Source: Eledone cirrhosa (Eukaryota). From it: DNA of 64,000 nt. The position numbers and the translations under genes are program-made. Of the stretch, positions 49,022-61,982 are shown in pieces. The DNA lies in NCBI GenBank assembly GCA_964016885.1, contig OZ024743.1, positions 99,324,001 to 99,388,000 of the forward strand. Reading direction: 5' to 3'. A model generated the notes under the pieces. That model did not search any database, was not told where the DNA came from, and was given only the letters and a program-made list of their open reading frames with translations. Numbering within the stretch: the stretch's first letter is position 1; every line of letters starts with the position of its first letter.

Positions 49022-49735
49022 ATAAATGCTCTGGCTTCTTCCTAGTCTATTGAGCGCTTGCCGGCATATCTTGAAAATTGCGTTTTGTTTTGTTTTGGCC
49101 GCCACCGAAATACGATCTCGCTGAAATTATATTTGTATTAATCTCCCAGGCCTAGCAATTAATTGGTTAATTCAATTAGACAAATTCTATTGACTGATTA
49201 ATTGCTTAAGTTTATTTAAAAACAACCTGGTCAAGAGCTTACTTCGATTTGTGTAGTTTTTTGCAACTCCTTTATACATTTTGAATGCAAAAAAACAGGG
49301 GTTACCTCCCTTGCAGGGTAACCATGTGAGTTAGTGGCTTCACTAATGCTTCATTTGAATCTGGTAGGCGGTTGAGAGCAAAAACTTGTTGACAAAGTGT
49401 CTACCTTGTTCGATCATTATACCAAAAGCTTACAACGAAAGCAGACAGTATACTTGATTTAGGAGTCACAGAAACCTCCCACTGGATTTTACCACCAAGT
49501 TCCAGGAAGGTCCAGGTAAAAATTTTTTATTAACCTGTTTAGCTTGCTCGTTTTTTTTCAGCTGCCTGGCTTGTCAATTCACACCCTTTTTTATAATGTG
49601 TCTGCCCCTTATAACGCATGTTAATTGCTCTGGTTTCTTCTTAGTCCATTGAGTGCTTGCTGGCATATCTCGAAAATTGCGTTTTGTTTTGTTTTGTTTT
49701 GGCCACCGCCGAAATACGATTTCACTGAAATATAT
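49022..49735. repeat. ~710-bp element with ~110-bp diverged direct terminal repeats
   Basis: TGCTCTGG..TTGAG(C/T)GCTTGC..GAAAATTGCGTTTTG..CCGAAATACGAT..CTGAAAT at about 49022-49130 and 49622-49735. It ends in (TA)n. Confidence 0.75.
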
Positions 49736-49842
49736 ATATATACTGACATATACACATGAACTACTGAATAAATAATGTTTGGTATCAATGGGTTAAAGAC
49801 GTCTGTCAAATCAATTAGTGATAAATATATAAGTAAAAAAGA

Positions 49843-49869
49843 TGAAATCTAAAATGCAACTGGAGTCTT

Positions 49870-49938
<69 letters not shown>

Positions 49939-51806
49939 GTTTAACGTCTATCTTGCACGCTAGCATGGGTTTAGACGGGAATTGTCCCACTTGAGGCAAG
50001 ATTGGTTGTCTTACTCGTGAAGGACTGTCTGGCAGGTTTTCTACGGCTGGATGCCCTTCCTAACACCAACCACGTTTACAGTGTGGACTGGGAGGTTTTT
50101 ACCGTGTTACCTACACGGCCTCATTACAGCGTGGACTGTGTGTTTTTTTGTCGTAACACCTACACAACCTCATTTATTTAGGACTGGATGTTGTGGTACC
50201 AACATAACTTTACATCGAAAGAGGTGGTGTAGATGGGGTGGGGGTAGGGGTAGTGGGATGGGGCTGTATTTTGGTTAAGAGGTGCCTACTGACTGTAGGT
50301 TTCGCTTTGTACTTAGGCAAGGCGGGTCTTCTGTATTACTGCGTAGCACCAAAGATCTCGGTCCAGTGACATTGTCTTGGAGAGATGTGTGTGAGGTCGG
50401 AATTTATCAAGTCATCCCAGGTTTTTCTGGGTCTGCCTACTCTGTGGCTACCGTCTATTTTGATCGCCCTGCACTTTTTTATACAGCTGTCATCTTTCAT
50501 GCGCATACCGTGACCATACCAACATAGTCTTCTCTCGAGTAAACAGCATCTGATCCCTCTTATTCCTAATTTCTCACTTAGTTCATTTATGCTTTGCGTT
50601 CACGTATATTACTATTACACATCCAATGGAGCATGCATGCTTCGTTCCTCTCCAGTCTGCGCAAATCCTCTGCACACAATGCCCATGTCTCACTGCCATG
50701 TAACATTGCTGTTCGTATGCAGGCATCATACAGCCTGCCTTTCATTTTTAGAGAGAAACCTTTAGCGGCCAATAGTGGTATAAGCTCTCTGAACTTTTTC
50801 TATCCCGTTCTGACTGTAGCTACTGTACTTCTTACATATATATTTATTTGGTTCCTTTACCAGTTTCGCAGTTCTTCTGCTTTTCAAAAGTAGAATTGAG
50901 ATGGAGGGTTTGTGGTCTTTCTCACATCTAGTTGGTGTTTGAATGTTACTTCTGTTTTATATGGAAAAGAGTGGCTCGAAATGCTAGGTTTTTAGAGAAG
51001 TAATTTGGTTGGTTGGTGAATAAGTATAATAAATTTTGCGCCAGTTCGCGTTACAAAGTTCTTATTATATCTGCCTTAAAAAAGGGGGGGGGGGGAGCTC
51101 AGGTTGTTTTTTCATATGAGTGAAGTTTGGTTAGTTGATGCAATCACGTGAATAAGCACATCAGCTTTCGCGCCAGTTTGTGTTTGAATTTCTTTTTACT
51201 TAAAAAAGGTGGCTCACGAAGGCTTTTTTTTATAAATGTAATTTGATTGGTTATAAATGAAATTATGACTGTCACGTGAACAAGTACATTAAATTTTGCG
51301 CCTGTATTTCTTGACCATTATCTTTTGTTTGGCACAAAATTCTTTAAATGGCTACAAAAAAATTACATTTATAAAAAAAAAGCCTTCGTGAGCCACCTTT
51401 TTTAAGTAAAAAGAAATTCAAACACAAACTGGCGCGAAAGCTGATGTGCTTATTCACGTGATTGCATCAACCAACTAAACTTCACTCATATGAAAAAACA
51501 ACCTGAGCCCCCCCCCCCCTTTTTTTTAAGGCAGATATAATAAGAACTTTGTAACGCGAACTGGCGCAAAATTTATTATACTTATTCACCAACCAACCAA
51601 CTTCTCTAAAAACCTAGTATTTCGAGCCACTTTTTTCCATATAAAACAGAAGTAATATTCAAACACCAACCAGATGTGAGAAAAATCACAAACGCTCCAT
51701 CTCAATTCTACTTTTGACAAGCAGAAGAACTGCGAAACTGGTAAAGGAACCAAATAAATATATATATTTTTAAAAAAAAAGACTCCAGTTGCATTTTCGA
51801 TTTCAC
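49843..51806. repeat. Long inverted repeat (~440-bp arms, ~115-bp spacer), left arm split by an RTE insertion
   Basis: The left arm (49843-49870 plus 50831-51244) mirrors 51360-51806. A degenerate hammerhead TTGACAA-GCAG/CTGC-GAAA-CTGG-TA-AAGGAA lies at 51706-51749. Confidence 0.85.
49870..50830 (-). mobile_element. RTE family A LINE 3' fragment with long (ATG)n tail
   Basis: ORF 50587-50772 (KGRLYDACIRTAMLHGSETW) and the family-A 3'UTR. Confidence 0.93.
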
Positions 51807-51852
51807 TCATGTAGGGACACCTCATTTTTTTTCTTTTGTAAAAAAAATCTCA

Positions 51853-51920
<68 letters not shown>

Positions 51921-51924
<4 letters not shown>

Positions 51925-52248
51925 CTCCAGTTTACTCAGCTGTAGAAATGAGATGATAGGACTGGAGTCCCTATCATTCTTCTGCAAAGTGGTCGTGGAG
52001 GTGCCATGGCAAAAGAGCACCCGGGCCACACTGTAAAGTGGACGTGTAGGCACCATGGAAAAAAGCACTCAGCACTCACTGTAAATGAGGTTGGTATTAG
52101 GAAGGGCATCCAGCTGTAGAAATTAAGGCAGAATCAGTTCCTATATGAGCAAGACAAGGTCAGCCGATCATACACTGCCCGCAACAGGACAATCCGTCTA
52201 ACCCATGCTAGCGTGGAAGAATGGGTGTAAAACGGTGATGATGATGAT
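51921..52248 (+). mobile_element. SINE family 1 variant with complete RTE family B 3' end
   Basis: The SINE core (TTGCTCCAGTTTACTCAGCTGTAGAAATGAG) is joined to a sequence colinear with 56470-56740. Confidence 0.8.
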
Positions 52249-52250
52249 AT

Positions 52251-52567
52251 ATTTTGAAAATAGGTTTATAAGTATGAATTTTCAGTAGATTTTCATAGCT
52301 GTCTCTGTGGCTTAGCGGTAAGTACTAGAGACGGTGGGGATCCTGGTCTTGGTTTCAATCCTAGTCAAGTGGTTCATGTAACCCTTTTCAGTTTTTATTT
52401 TACATCCCATAGAAAAAAACTGAAAAAGGTTTACCAGGAACCCTACTCCTGACCAGGATTAAACTTCAGACCAGAATCACCACCGTCTATGATTCCACCA
52501 ACTAGGCTACCAAGACATCTTCAAACGTATAGTGAAAATTAATTATTATAAACTTACTTTCAAAATC
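52251..52567. repeat. Imperfect palindrome with two convergent tRNA-like arms
   Basis: The left arm TGTGGCTTAGCGGTAAG...GGTTTCAATCC...TTTTCAGTTTTT mirrors the right arm on the minus strand, GGTAGCCTAGTTGGTGG...AGTTTAATCC...TTTTCAGTTTTT. The AT-rich outer flanks also mirror each other. Confidence 0.65.
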
Positions 52568-52876
52568 AAAGTTAAAAAGATGTCATTCATGGCTTTCCTT
52601 GAGCTATTAGTAATATTTAGGGCCGACTTGTCCATCTTCTGGCCCTTTGGTAACAACCTTATTATTCCTATGTGTGTCAAAATCAGCCGACTGAACACTG
52701 CCCACAACAGGACAACCAGTCTAACCCATGCTAGCATGAAAGAACGGACATAAAACGGTGATGATATCTCCACTGAAAATGAACAGTCTTAACTATTTTG
52801 ATATAAAACCACCCCTGGTTCTATGATAAAAAAATCCATTTATTTTAAAGTATATATATTTAAATACCTTCCATCA

Positions 52877-53762
52877 TCTATATATATAAAACTGAGAATG
52901 TCTGTCTGTGTGAGTTTGAATCCCTAAATTTCGAGAACCACCCAACCGATTGTTTTCAAACTTTACACATGTAATACTTATGTTTCAGGGAGTGTTCTGA
53001 GCACAAAGAATTTCAAATGTTTGATGCCCTAGGGACCGCAATAGGCGATTTAGCGATCTCACTCTATAATTCTTAGTCTTTCTCTTTTTAGATAGATACA
53101 TACATATAACGTCGCGCCCTTATAATATCTGTCTGTATGTCTGGCTGTCTGCATTACGTCACTTCCATGAGGATGTCTGTCTGTGTGCATGTGTGTGTGT
53201 CTGTGAGTTTGAATCCCTAAAACTCGAGAAGTACACAGCCGATTTTTTTTCAAACTTTACATGTGTATTACTTATGTTTCAGGGAGTGTTATGCACACAA
53301 ATAAATTCTACTTTTTTAATCTCCTAGGCCCCGCATTGGGTGAAAAACTGCGTTTTTAAATATTTTTAGGGGTTTTTTGAGGCGTTACATCAGACCGATT
53401 TCCTTGAAATTGTAACTATGTATTAGTCAGTCTCTTCTTCATACCATAAGCAAAGAAAATCATTTTTTCAGCTTCTTAGGGCTTTTTGGAGGCGTTACGT
53501 TTAGCCGATTTTCCCGAAATTTAAAGGCATATTATGCACATAAAAAAAATTAATTTTCTTGATCCGCTAGGGCCCTCATTAGGTGAAAACCTGCATTTTT
53601 CCTGCTTCATCGAAAAAAATCTTAAAGATTATCCAGCCATCAGAGTATTCGGTTTATTTTCTTTACATATTGTCCAGGCATGCAGTTTTTCTACGATTAG
53701 GTCTGTTGGCGGCCCACGTTCCAAAATACCTTATTCCGTGCAACGCCGGGTACCAGTGCTAG
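52877..53762 (+). mobile_element. Non-autonomous Helitron
   Basis: 5' end A|TCTATATATATAAAA, subterminal GC hairpin CCGTGCAACGCCGGG, 3' end CTAG|T, insertion between A and T, and a duplicated internal block at about 52900 and 53200. Confidence 0.88.
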
Positions 53763-54599
53763 TAATTTTATAAAAGTAATTTTGTTAACCATTTTGATCC
53801 CAAACCACCTGAAACTGCCCATAGTTCTATGATAGAAAGCTGTTTATTTCCAAGTGTTTATATCAATCTTAAAGCTGTCCATCATGAATTTATGCAAGAA
53901 CATTAGCAAAGTTTGGTTCAAAACATCAGCTTAACAATGAGAAAATTGTTGTATTACCAAATCTCTCCAAATTCTTGATTATTTGAAATTCATAGGCAAA
54001 GACACACTTGACTCTGAAAGGCTAAAATGAATCACTAGAGCTGCTTAACCACGTTCCAGCCATCCATCCATACAAATCTTCCAGGTATCCCTCTATTTCC
54101 CCAATTGCAAATGTTCTGCTCACACAATTATTGCTATATTTATCACTTCACTAGCTTCCACAACATATTTATTTTTACCCTCATTTTCTCTACCATGCTG
54201 TCTCTCTACGAAGTCACCTACTCTCCTCCGCTCTCTTACACTATTATTAGTGTTGTTTTATTTATCAGTTCGCTTTTTCTTCAAAGTCATCTACTCCTAT
54301 CCGTCTATTTTGCCATGAGATGCTACAGGCCATGATTTGGCTACCTACCTCACAATTTCCCTCACACCACCATAGCCTATTCAACCAATCAAACCTCAGC
54401 ATACCTCCCTCACCCACTACCAACCCCAACAAACCCTGCCATTTCTACTACTACCTACCTCTCTCCTCCCCCGTCCCAGCCCAACACACCCTGCCATTAT
54501 TACCACTACCACTGTTCTTCTAGCCCTGAATTTTCCTACCGTTATGTATGGATGAGCTCAGAATAAATGGAGCAACTCTGAATTAATAAATGAAAATTA

Positions 54600-56740
54600 A
54601 TATGAATCCGTGAGCTACCAAGCACCCATGTGAAGCTTCAATTCAGAGACAGGAAGCACACGCACACCCCTGCAAAAATCGACCCTTACCCACGAATGTT
54701 GACAAATGCCCAAAACTCCGAGTTGGTACCATCAATGTAAGCATAATGAAAGGAAGAGCAGAAGAAATCGTAGAGATGCTAGAGTGAAAGGAAATTGATG
54801 TATGCTGTGTGCAAGAGACTAGATGGAGAGGAGAGTCTGCTAGAGTCCTTGTAGGAAAAAGTCAGTGCTACAAATTTTTCTGGGTGGGAAATGACGATGG
54901 GATGGGTGGTGTAGGTATTCTACTAGCTGACAAGTGGATAGATAAAGTAATCTCAATGAACAGGGTAAATGCAAGAATCATTAAACTCAGACTAATCCTT
55001 AAAACAATTACCACAATATTATCCGCTTACGCACCCCAATCGGGGTTGCCAGACGAACTTAAGGATAGGTTTTACGAGTTGCTAATGCACACTACTGCTC
55101 TAACAAACGACAATGACTTCCTAATCTTTGCAGGAGATTTTAACGGACATGTAGGTAAACACTGTGACGGCTTCAATAGAGTCCGTGGAGGCCATGGGGT
55201 TGGCACAAGAAATGAAGAAGGATTCAGACTTCTAGAATTCTGCGACACCAATGACATGTCGATATGTAACACAGACTTCAAAAAACCTGACAACCACCTG
55301 ATCACCTATAGATCAGGGGAGCAGTCAGCAAAGTTAGGATTAGCAATGAGTATAGCGAGGAATTTAGCGTACAGGTTGGTGTTCACCAGGGCTCTGTTCT
55401 TAGCCCTCTCCTGTTCATCATAGTCCTGCAGTCAATAACGGGGGAGTTTAAGACCGGGTGCCCATGGAAACTCCTGTATGCAGATGACCTCGCACTTATA
55501 GCTGAATCTATGGTAGAACTAGAGAAGAAATTCCAAACTTGGAAGCAGGGACTAGAAAGAAAGGGTCTCAAAGTCAACCTGACAAAGACTAAGGTCCTTG
55601 TAAGCAGACTAGAAAACAGAACCCAGATCCCCTCAGGGAAATGGCCTTGCTCAGTATGTGGGAAAGGTGTAGGTAGGTACTCCATTCTCTGCCCAAATGC
55701 AAACAATGGGTACACAAGAGATGTAGCCGGGTCTCAGGAAGCTTAATTAAGAATGTAGGCTTCACATGCAGCAGCTGTACTGGGACAGCAAGCAGCAAAC
55801 AGCCACAGGAAACAAATACCACCAATCTCTGGGAGGGCTCTGTAGAAACAGTAGACAGCTTCAGCTACCTAGGTGACCGAATTAGCAGCGGAGGTGGGTG
55901 TTCAAAAAGTACAATAACTAGGGTAAGAATGGGATGGAAGAAGTTCAAAGAACTACTGCCACTGCTAGCTGCAAAAGGCTTTTCCCTCAAAATGAAAGGC
56001 AGACTGTATGATGCGTGTATACGAACAGCAATGTTACATGGTAGTGAGACCTGGGCGCTGAAGGTGGAAGATTTACGTAGATTAGAAAGAAACGAAGCCT
56101 GCATGCTCCGATGGATGTGTAATAGTAATATACGCGAAAGGCAAAGCATAAATGAATTGAGAGAGAGACTGAGCATAAGAGGAATCAAATGCTGTGTGCA
56201 GGAGAGGCGGTTGCATTGGTATGGACATGTGACGCGTATGAAGGATGACAGCTGCATAAAAAGGTGCAGAGCACTAGAAGTCAATGGAAACCGCGGAGTG
56301 AGGAGATCCAAGAAGACCTGGGATGAGGGGATAAAAGCCGACCTTACCCAATTACACCTCTCAAAGGCGATGACACACGACAGTGACCTCTGGTATCATG
56401 CAGTAATACAGAGTACCCGACCTCCCATGGGTACAAGCTGAAGCATATAGACAATATGCCCCCACACCCTGCAAAGTGGTCGTGGAGGTGCCACGGCAAA
56501 AAAGCACCCAGCCCACACTGTAAAGTGGACATGTAGGCGCCACGGAAAAAGCACCCAGCACTCACTGTAAATGCGATTGGTGTTAGGAAGGGCATCCAAC
56601 TGTAGAAATCAAGCCAAAATCAGTTCCTGTATGAACAAGGCATGGTCAGCCGACCAGACACTGCCCACAACAGGACAACCTGTCTAACCCATGCTAGCAT
56701 GGAAGAACGGATGTAAAATGGTGATGATGATGATGATGAG
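54600..56740 (+). mobile_element. RTE family B LINE with large internal deletion
   Basis: APE (54720-55320, CVQETRW, AGDFNGH) is joined directly to RT (GVHQGSVLSP, YADD), then PHD, C-terminus, 3'UTR and a (GAT)n tail. Confidence 0.92.
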
Positions 56741-57029
56741 AGTTTTCGTTAGAAATATAGTAACAAAAGGGTTAATTTATATCCCAAACATCAGATTAAT
56801 AATAAGTTATATTTTAAAAAACCCTTTAAATTGTTGATTATCTTTGAAATAATTTGAAAACAATGGCAATGTATTTCATTAGAAATATGGTAATAAAAGG
56901 GTTAAATGAAAAGTAATTTTAAAAGTTCAAATATTAGTTAAATGATAATAAATGGAAGTAAATAAATGTGAAATATTTATCTGCAGATGGAAAGACAATG
57001 GTTGGATCCAGAACAATCTTTAAGTAAAT

Positions 57030-57965
57030 TTTCTTCTTTGCCCACTTTTTCCTGAGAGGGTCAGGGGGGCAGTCCTCAAACACTCCTTCCAACAGAACCT
57101 GTCAGAAACAACCATGACCAACAGATCCAGCTGGATCCCAAGTGAAACCAGTGAAGCCCATTGATGTTATCATCTTGCTCGGTGTCTACCCCTCGGTCTC
57201 CTGCTGGTTGGTTTTGGAAGTAAAATCTGTCCAGCGATTCTTTCCTGAGACATTCTAACTACAAGTCTGTAGTATCAGAGCTGTTATCTCTCAATTCGGA
57301 GAAGTAGCAGCTCTACCTGGAGTGACTCTCTGATCTCTGAGCTACACACTCTATTGAGTAACATTACTCCAAAGATCTTTTCGAGGAACCCCATTTCAGC
57401 TGCTTTGTATTAGTGATTGTATTCTTTTGGTCATTACCCAAGATTCATGACCATAGGTAAGGGCTGGCACAAAAACCAAACTGAAGATAGCGAGTTTGGT
57501 GGCAGGTCTTCAAGAAATTGTGGGAGTATTGCCAAGAGATATATTCTTGTTTTGTAGACTTCAATAAAGCATATGACTGTGTTCCTTGGGACTTGCTGTA
57601 GAAGGTTCTGCAGAAGTATGGAATGGATGGCCAGCTTCTTGCTGCCCTAATGTCTCTATACAAATGCCTGAGGATCTGTGATCAGATAAATTGTGCTAAA
57701 TCAAAACCATTCAATATGGGAGTAAGACTGCCAATGTGCCTAATGTCACCTCTCCTATTCACTATTTTCATGAATAGGATTGACATGCACAGCTGGGTTG
57801 TGGTATCACAACAGCCAGGTGTGAAATTAGTTGGCTGCAATTTGCAGATGGCATGGTGTTACTTAATTTGACAGAAGGTGATCTCTGACGTGCACTCGAT
57901 AGGCTTGATGCTGAGTGCTGCATGACTGGAATGAAAATCAGTGATGTGAAAACTGAGACACCCAT
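57030..57965. mobile_element. Old RTE/Expander-like LINE with inverted 5' segment
   Basis: Minus strand 57030-57470 gives ALTYGHESWVMT..AAEMGFL. Plus strand 57490-57960 gives SCFVDFNKAYDCVP..LMSPLLF..GMKISDVKTE. Confidence 0.75.
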
Positions 57966-58196
57966 CTCTCAGTTTTACTCATCTTAAAAATTTATAACAT
58001 CATTCAACAAAATGATTAAATGTTGAAATATCTGAGATGTTGTTTAGAAGATTATACATTATAAGAATTATAAAGCTAACCTATAAAAATGTAACATTTA
58101 CACATCTCAGTTAGTTTGATCTCAGATCCACATGTCTCAGTAGCCTGTTGGAGAAGAACATTATTATGAACAAATTTAGAAATACAAGCTCCTACC

Positions 58197-58390
58197 TTAA
58201 CCCTTTTACATTACATATACTATTGTAGACTTTATCTTACATAATTATCTCACATAATATTGAATTTACAAATTTTTGATGTTATTTATTTTGAGAACAA
58301 TACCCTAACGTCAGTATAAGTGGCCAGTTACTGTTGGTTGAATAGAAAAAGGTGAGAGAATTCTGGCTGGTTTAGATGCTAAAGGGTTAC
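58197..58390. mobile_element. piggyBac-like MITE relic (similar CCCTTT/AAAGGG ends near 23055-23615, 53786-54026 and 56740-56905)
   Basis: TTAA|CCCTTTT ... AAAGGG|TTA termini. Confidence 0.4.
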
Positions 58391-59259
58391 ACATCCATAA
58401 ATAAGATACCTGATGAAAGTGATTGGAGATGAAAATGGTTTTTAAAATTGTTCATCTCTAAAGACAGAGCTAACATTTGAAAAAATTACAATCTTGTTGT
58501 TTAAAAAAAGATTAGATTATTTGTATTCTGAAGAAGACTGTAAAGATTATATCAAACTATCAGCATGCATAAAGCAAATTTTTACTTCTCAGTTACTGCC
58601 ATTGCTGTTTAATGTTCTAACACATGCAAAAACAGAAGATATCAACTTTGCTATCTTTTATACTGTGATCTTTATACATTTATATCATGTATATACTATG
58701 ATGTCTATACATTTATTGCTCCTATAGAACCATATTCTATGGTGGAATAGAACCAGAACATTCTAAGTGTATAGAAATAAAACAAATTTCAACAAAGAAC
58801 AATAGTAAAGAATTATGTATTCAAGATGAATACTAAGATGCACAATTTAGATAATGTAAAAGCAATTTGGTATTCAATGTATGTAAAACATTAAGGTTTT
58901 TACACAAAGAAATGTAAAACTTTCTGAATGCTAAAGTTTATAAATAAAAACATCAATGAACATCTATAAAAAAGAGTATTCAATGAAGGAAACAAGTGCT
59001 TGGTGATTATAAATCAGTGAAATAAGTACAAACTGAAATAAGTACTGGAGTCAATATGATTGACTAACACCTTTGAAAGTGGTGTCCTAGCATGGTTGCA
59101 GTTCAATAATTGAAACTAGTAATAGAATTTAAAAATAGAATGTTGTTTAATTCTTTCACTATAATATTTTTAATGAAATACACTACCAGTGATTTTCAAA
59201 TGGTTTTAAAAATAAACAAGAATTTTGAGAGATTTAGTAACATGACAAACTAACAACAA

Positions 59260-60606
59260 GACATTGCTGAAGTTGTACCTAAACCACAACACATTGCTGA
59301 TGTTGTATCTAAATCAGAACCACAACACATTGCTGATGTATCTAAATCAGAACCACAACACATTGCTGATGTTGTATCTAAATCAGAACCACAACACATT
59401 GCTGGTGTTGTATCTAAATCAGAACCACAACACATTGCTGGTGTTGTATCTAAATCAGAACCACAACACATTGCTGGTGATGTATCTAAATCAGAACCAC
59501 AACACATTGCTGATGTTGTATCTAAATCAGAACCACAACACATTGCTGGTGTTGTATCTAAATCAGAACCACAACACATTGCTGGTGTTGTATCTAAATC
59601 AGAACCACAACACATTGCTGGTGTTGTATCTAAATCAGAACCACAACACATTGCTGGTGTTGTATCTAAATCAGAACCACAACACATTGCTGGTGTTGTA
59701 TCTAAATCAGAACCACAACACATTGCTGGTGTTGTATCTAAATCAGAACCACAACACATTGCTGGTGTTGTATCTAAATCAGAACCACAACACATTGCTG
59801 ATGTTGTATCTAAATCAGAACCACAACACATTGCTGGTGTTGTATCTAAATCAGAACCACAACACATTGCTGGTGTTGTATCTAAATCAGAACCACAACA
59901 CATTGCTGGTGTTGTATCTAAATCAGAACCACAACACATTGCTGGTGTTGTATCTAAATCAGAACCACAACACATTGCTGATGTTGTATCTAAATCAGAA
60001 CCACAACACATTGCTGGTGTTGTATCTAAATCAGAACCACAACACATTGCTGGTGTTGTATCTAAATCAGAACCACAACACATTGCTGATGTATCTAAAT
60101 CAGAACCACAACACATTGCTGGTGTTGTATCTAAATCAGAACCACAACACATTGCTGGTGTTGTATCTAAATCAGAACCACAACACATTGCTGGTGTTGT
60201 ATCTAAATCAGAACCACAACACATTGCTGATGTTGTATCTAAATCAGAACCACAACACATTGCTGGTGTATCTAAATCAGAACCACAACACATTGCTGGT
60301 GATGTATCTAAATCAGAACCACAACACATTGCTGGTGTTGTATCTAAATCAGAACCACAACACATTGCTGGTGATGTATCTAAATCAGAACCACAACACA
60401 TTGCTGGTGATGTATCTAAATCAGAACCACAACACATTGCTGGTGTTGTATCTAAATCAGAACCACAACACATTGCTGGTGATGTATCTAAATCAGAACC
60501 ACAACACATTGCTGGTGTTGTATCTAAATCAGAACCACAACACATTGCTGGTGATGTATCTAAATCAGAACCACAACACATTGCTGGTGTTGTATCTAAA
60601 TCAGAA
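59260..60606. repeat. 36-bp minisatellite (CCACAACACATTGCTGGTGTTGTATCTAAATCAGAA)n, about 37 units
   Basis: Directly visible. Variants are substitutions or 3-bp deletions. Confidence 0.97.
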
Positions 60607-61926
60607 AGTTTTGTTAAGCTAGTGTTTGAAATATAATTCAACAAAATTATGCTAGAAGGTTTTTAGATGAATATAAAATCTTTAAAATAAACAGGTAGGT
60701 ATCAGGGAATCAGGGTAGTTTCAAGAAGTTTGCTATCAAAGAGGTTAACACCTGGGAACTACAGTGGACTGGTTTATGACTATGCAACTCAATGACCAAA
60801 TTGTCAATAGCTCTTATCATTTCACTAGTACATTGTCTTGTATCCAGCTTAGTAGAGGTATTGTGAAGTGGTACTGTCTACCATTGTATGCTGCAAGGAA
60901 ACAGAATTGTTTTATCCTTCATTACCTTGCACTGCTGCACAGAAATCTTTTCATATGCAATAGGTAAGTAATTGCAATGTATATCCAGTTTAGAATAAGA
61001 ACATTGTGTCCTTATAAGTCATAAGAGGCAACTAAAAGGGTTAGCACCAGGAAGAATATCTAGGTGTAAAATATTGCCTCAAAAAAGTCCCCATAATGAG
61101 TATGAAACTTTTCATAAGGCCCACAAGGACAAACCCAGCTGTAGTAGGAAAAACAAAGACTGTAAAATGCTTGCTACTACAGCATGTAATAGGAAAATTA
61201 ATGGATGCTATCAGTTGTATTATTATACATAACATATACCCTGAAGTTAGTAGAACTATCAAATAATCAATCAATAACTTATCTTGCTACAACAAAGGTT
61301 TCTAAATACATGGCACAGCAGGAACATGGTAAAAATGTCTTCAAGTGCAAAAAAAGAAAGAAAAAATAATTGCAAATGTTATTGCTCTAACACAGTAGGT
61401 CTATGATCAAAGGCATTCCAGCTCTGACCATCCCATCCCATCTTTACAGACAATTCATCTCAAGACTATTCTTTTTTGAAGTCAATTGGCAGTCATTAGG
61501 GTGTCAAATTAAATGCCTCGTTATTTGTTTCACTACATTGTGCTCAAAAACCAAATCCTGCTGAGGTCAATTTTGCCTTTCCCCCTTTCAAGGTTGATAA
61601 ATAAAGTAGCAGTTCAGTAGTGGGGTTGATTCTTCTTTTATCTCTCTATAACTCTTTCTCTTGCAGTATCTCCTTTTCTGAAAGAAATTGGCTATGTTCC
61701 AACCTGGAGAGGGACCAGCCTGTGCATGACCGATATTCCAGGACAAACTAGGCAAGCCATATATATATATGTGTGTATGTATAAAACAAAGAAAGTGTGA
61801 TAAGAAACCAGGTGGGCCATAATGCCCCAGAGTACTCGATACTAAGGGTAGTAGAGTGGGTAATAGGAAAAGAGTCAGGACCCTGACGGCTGAGCTCCGG
61901 GCGTTTCGACAGCTAGGTCCTGCGGA

Positions 61927-61982
<56 letters not shown>

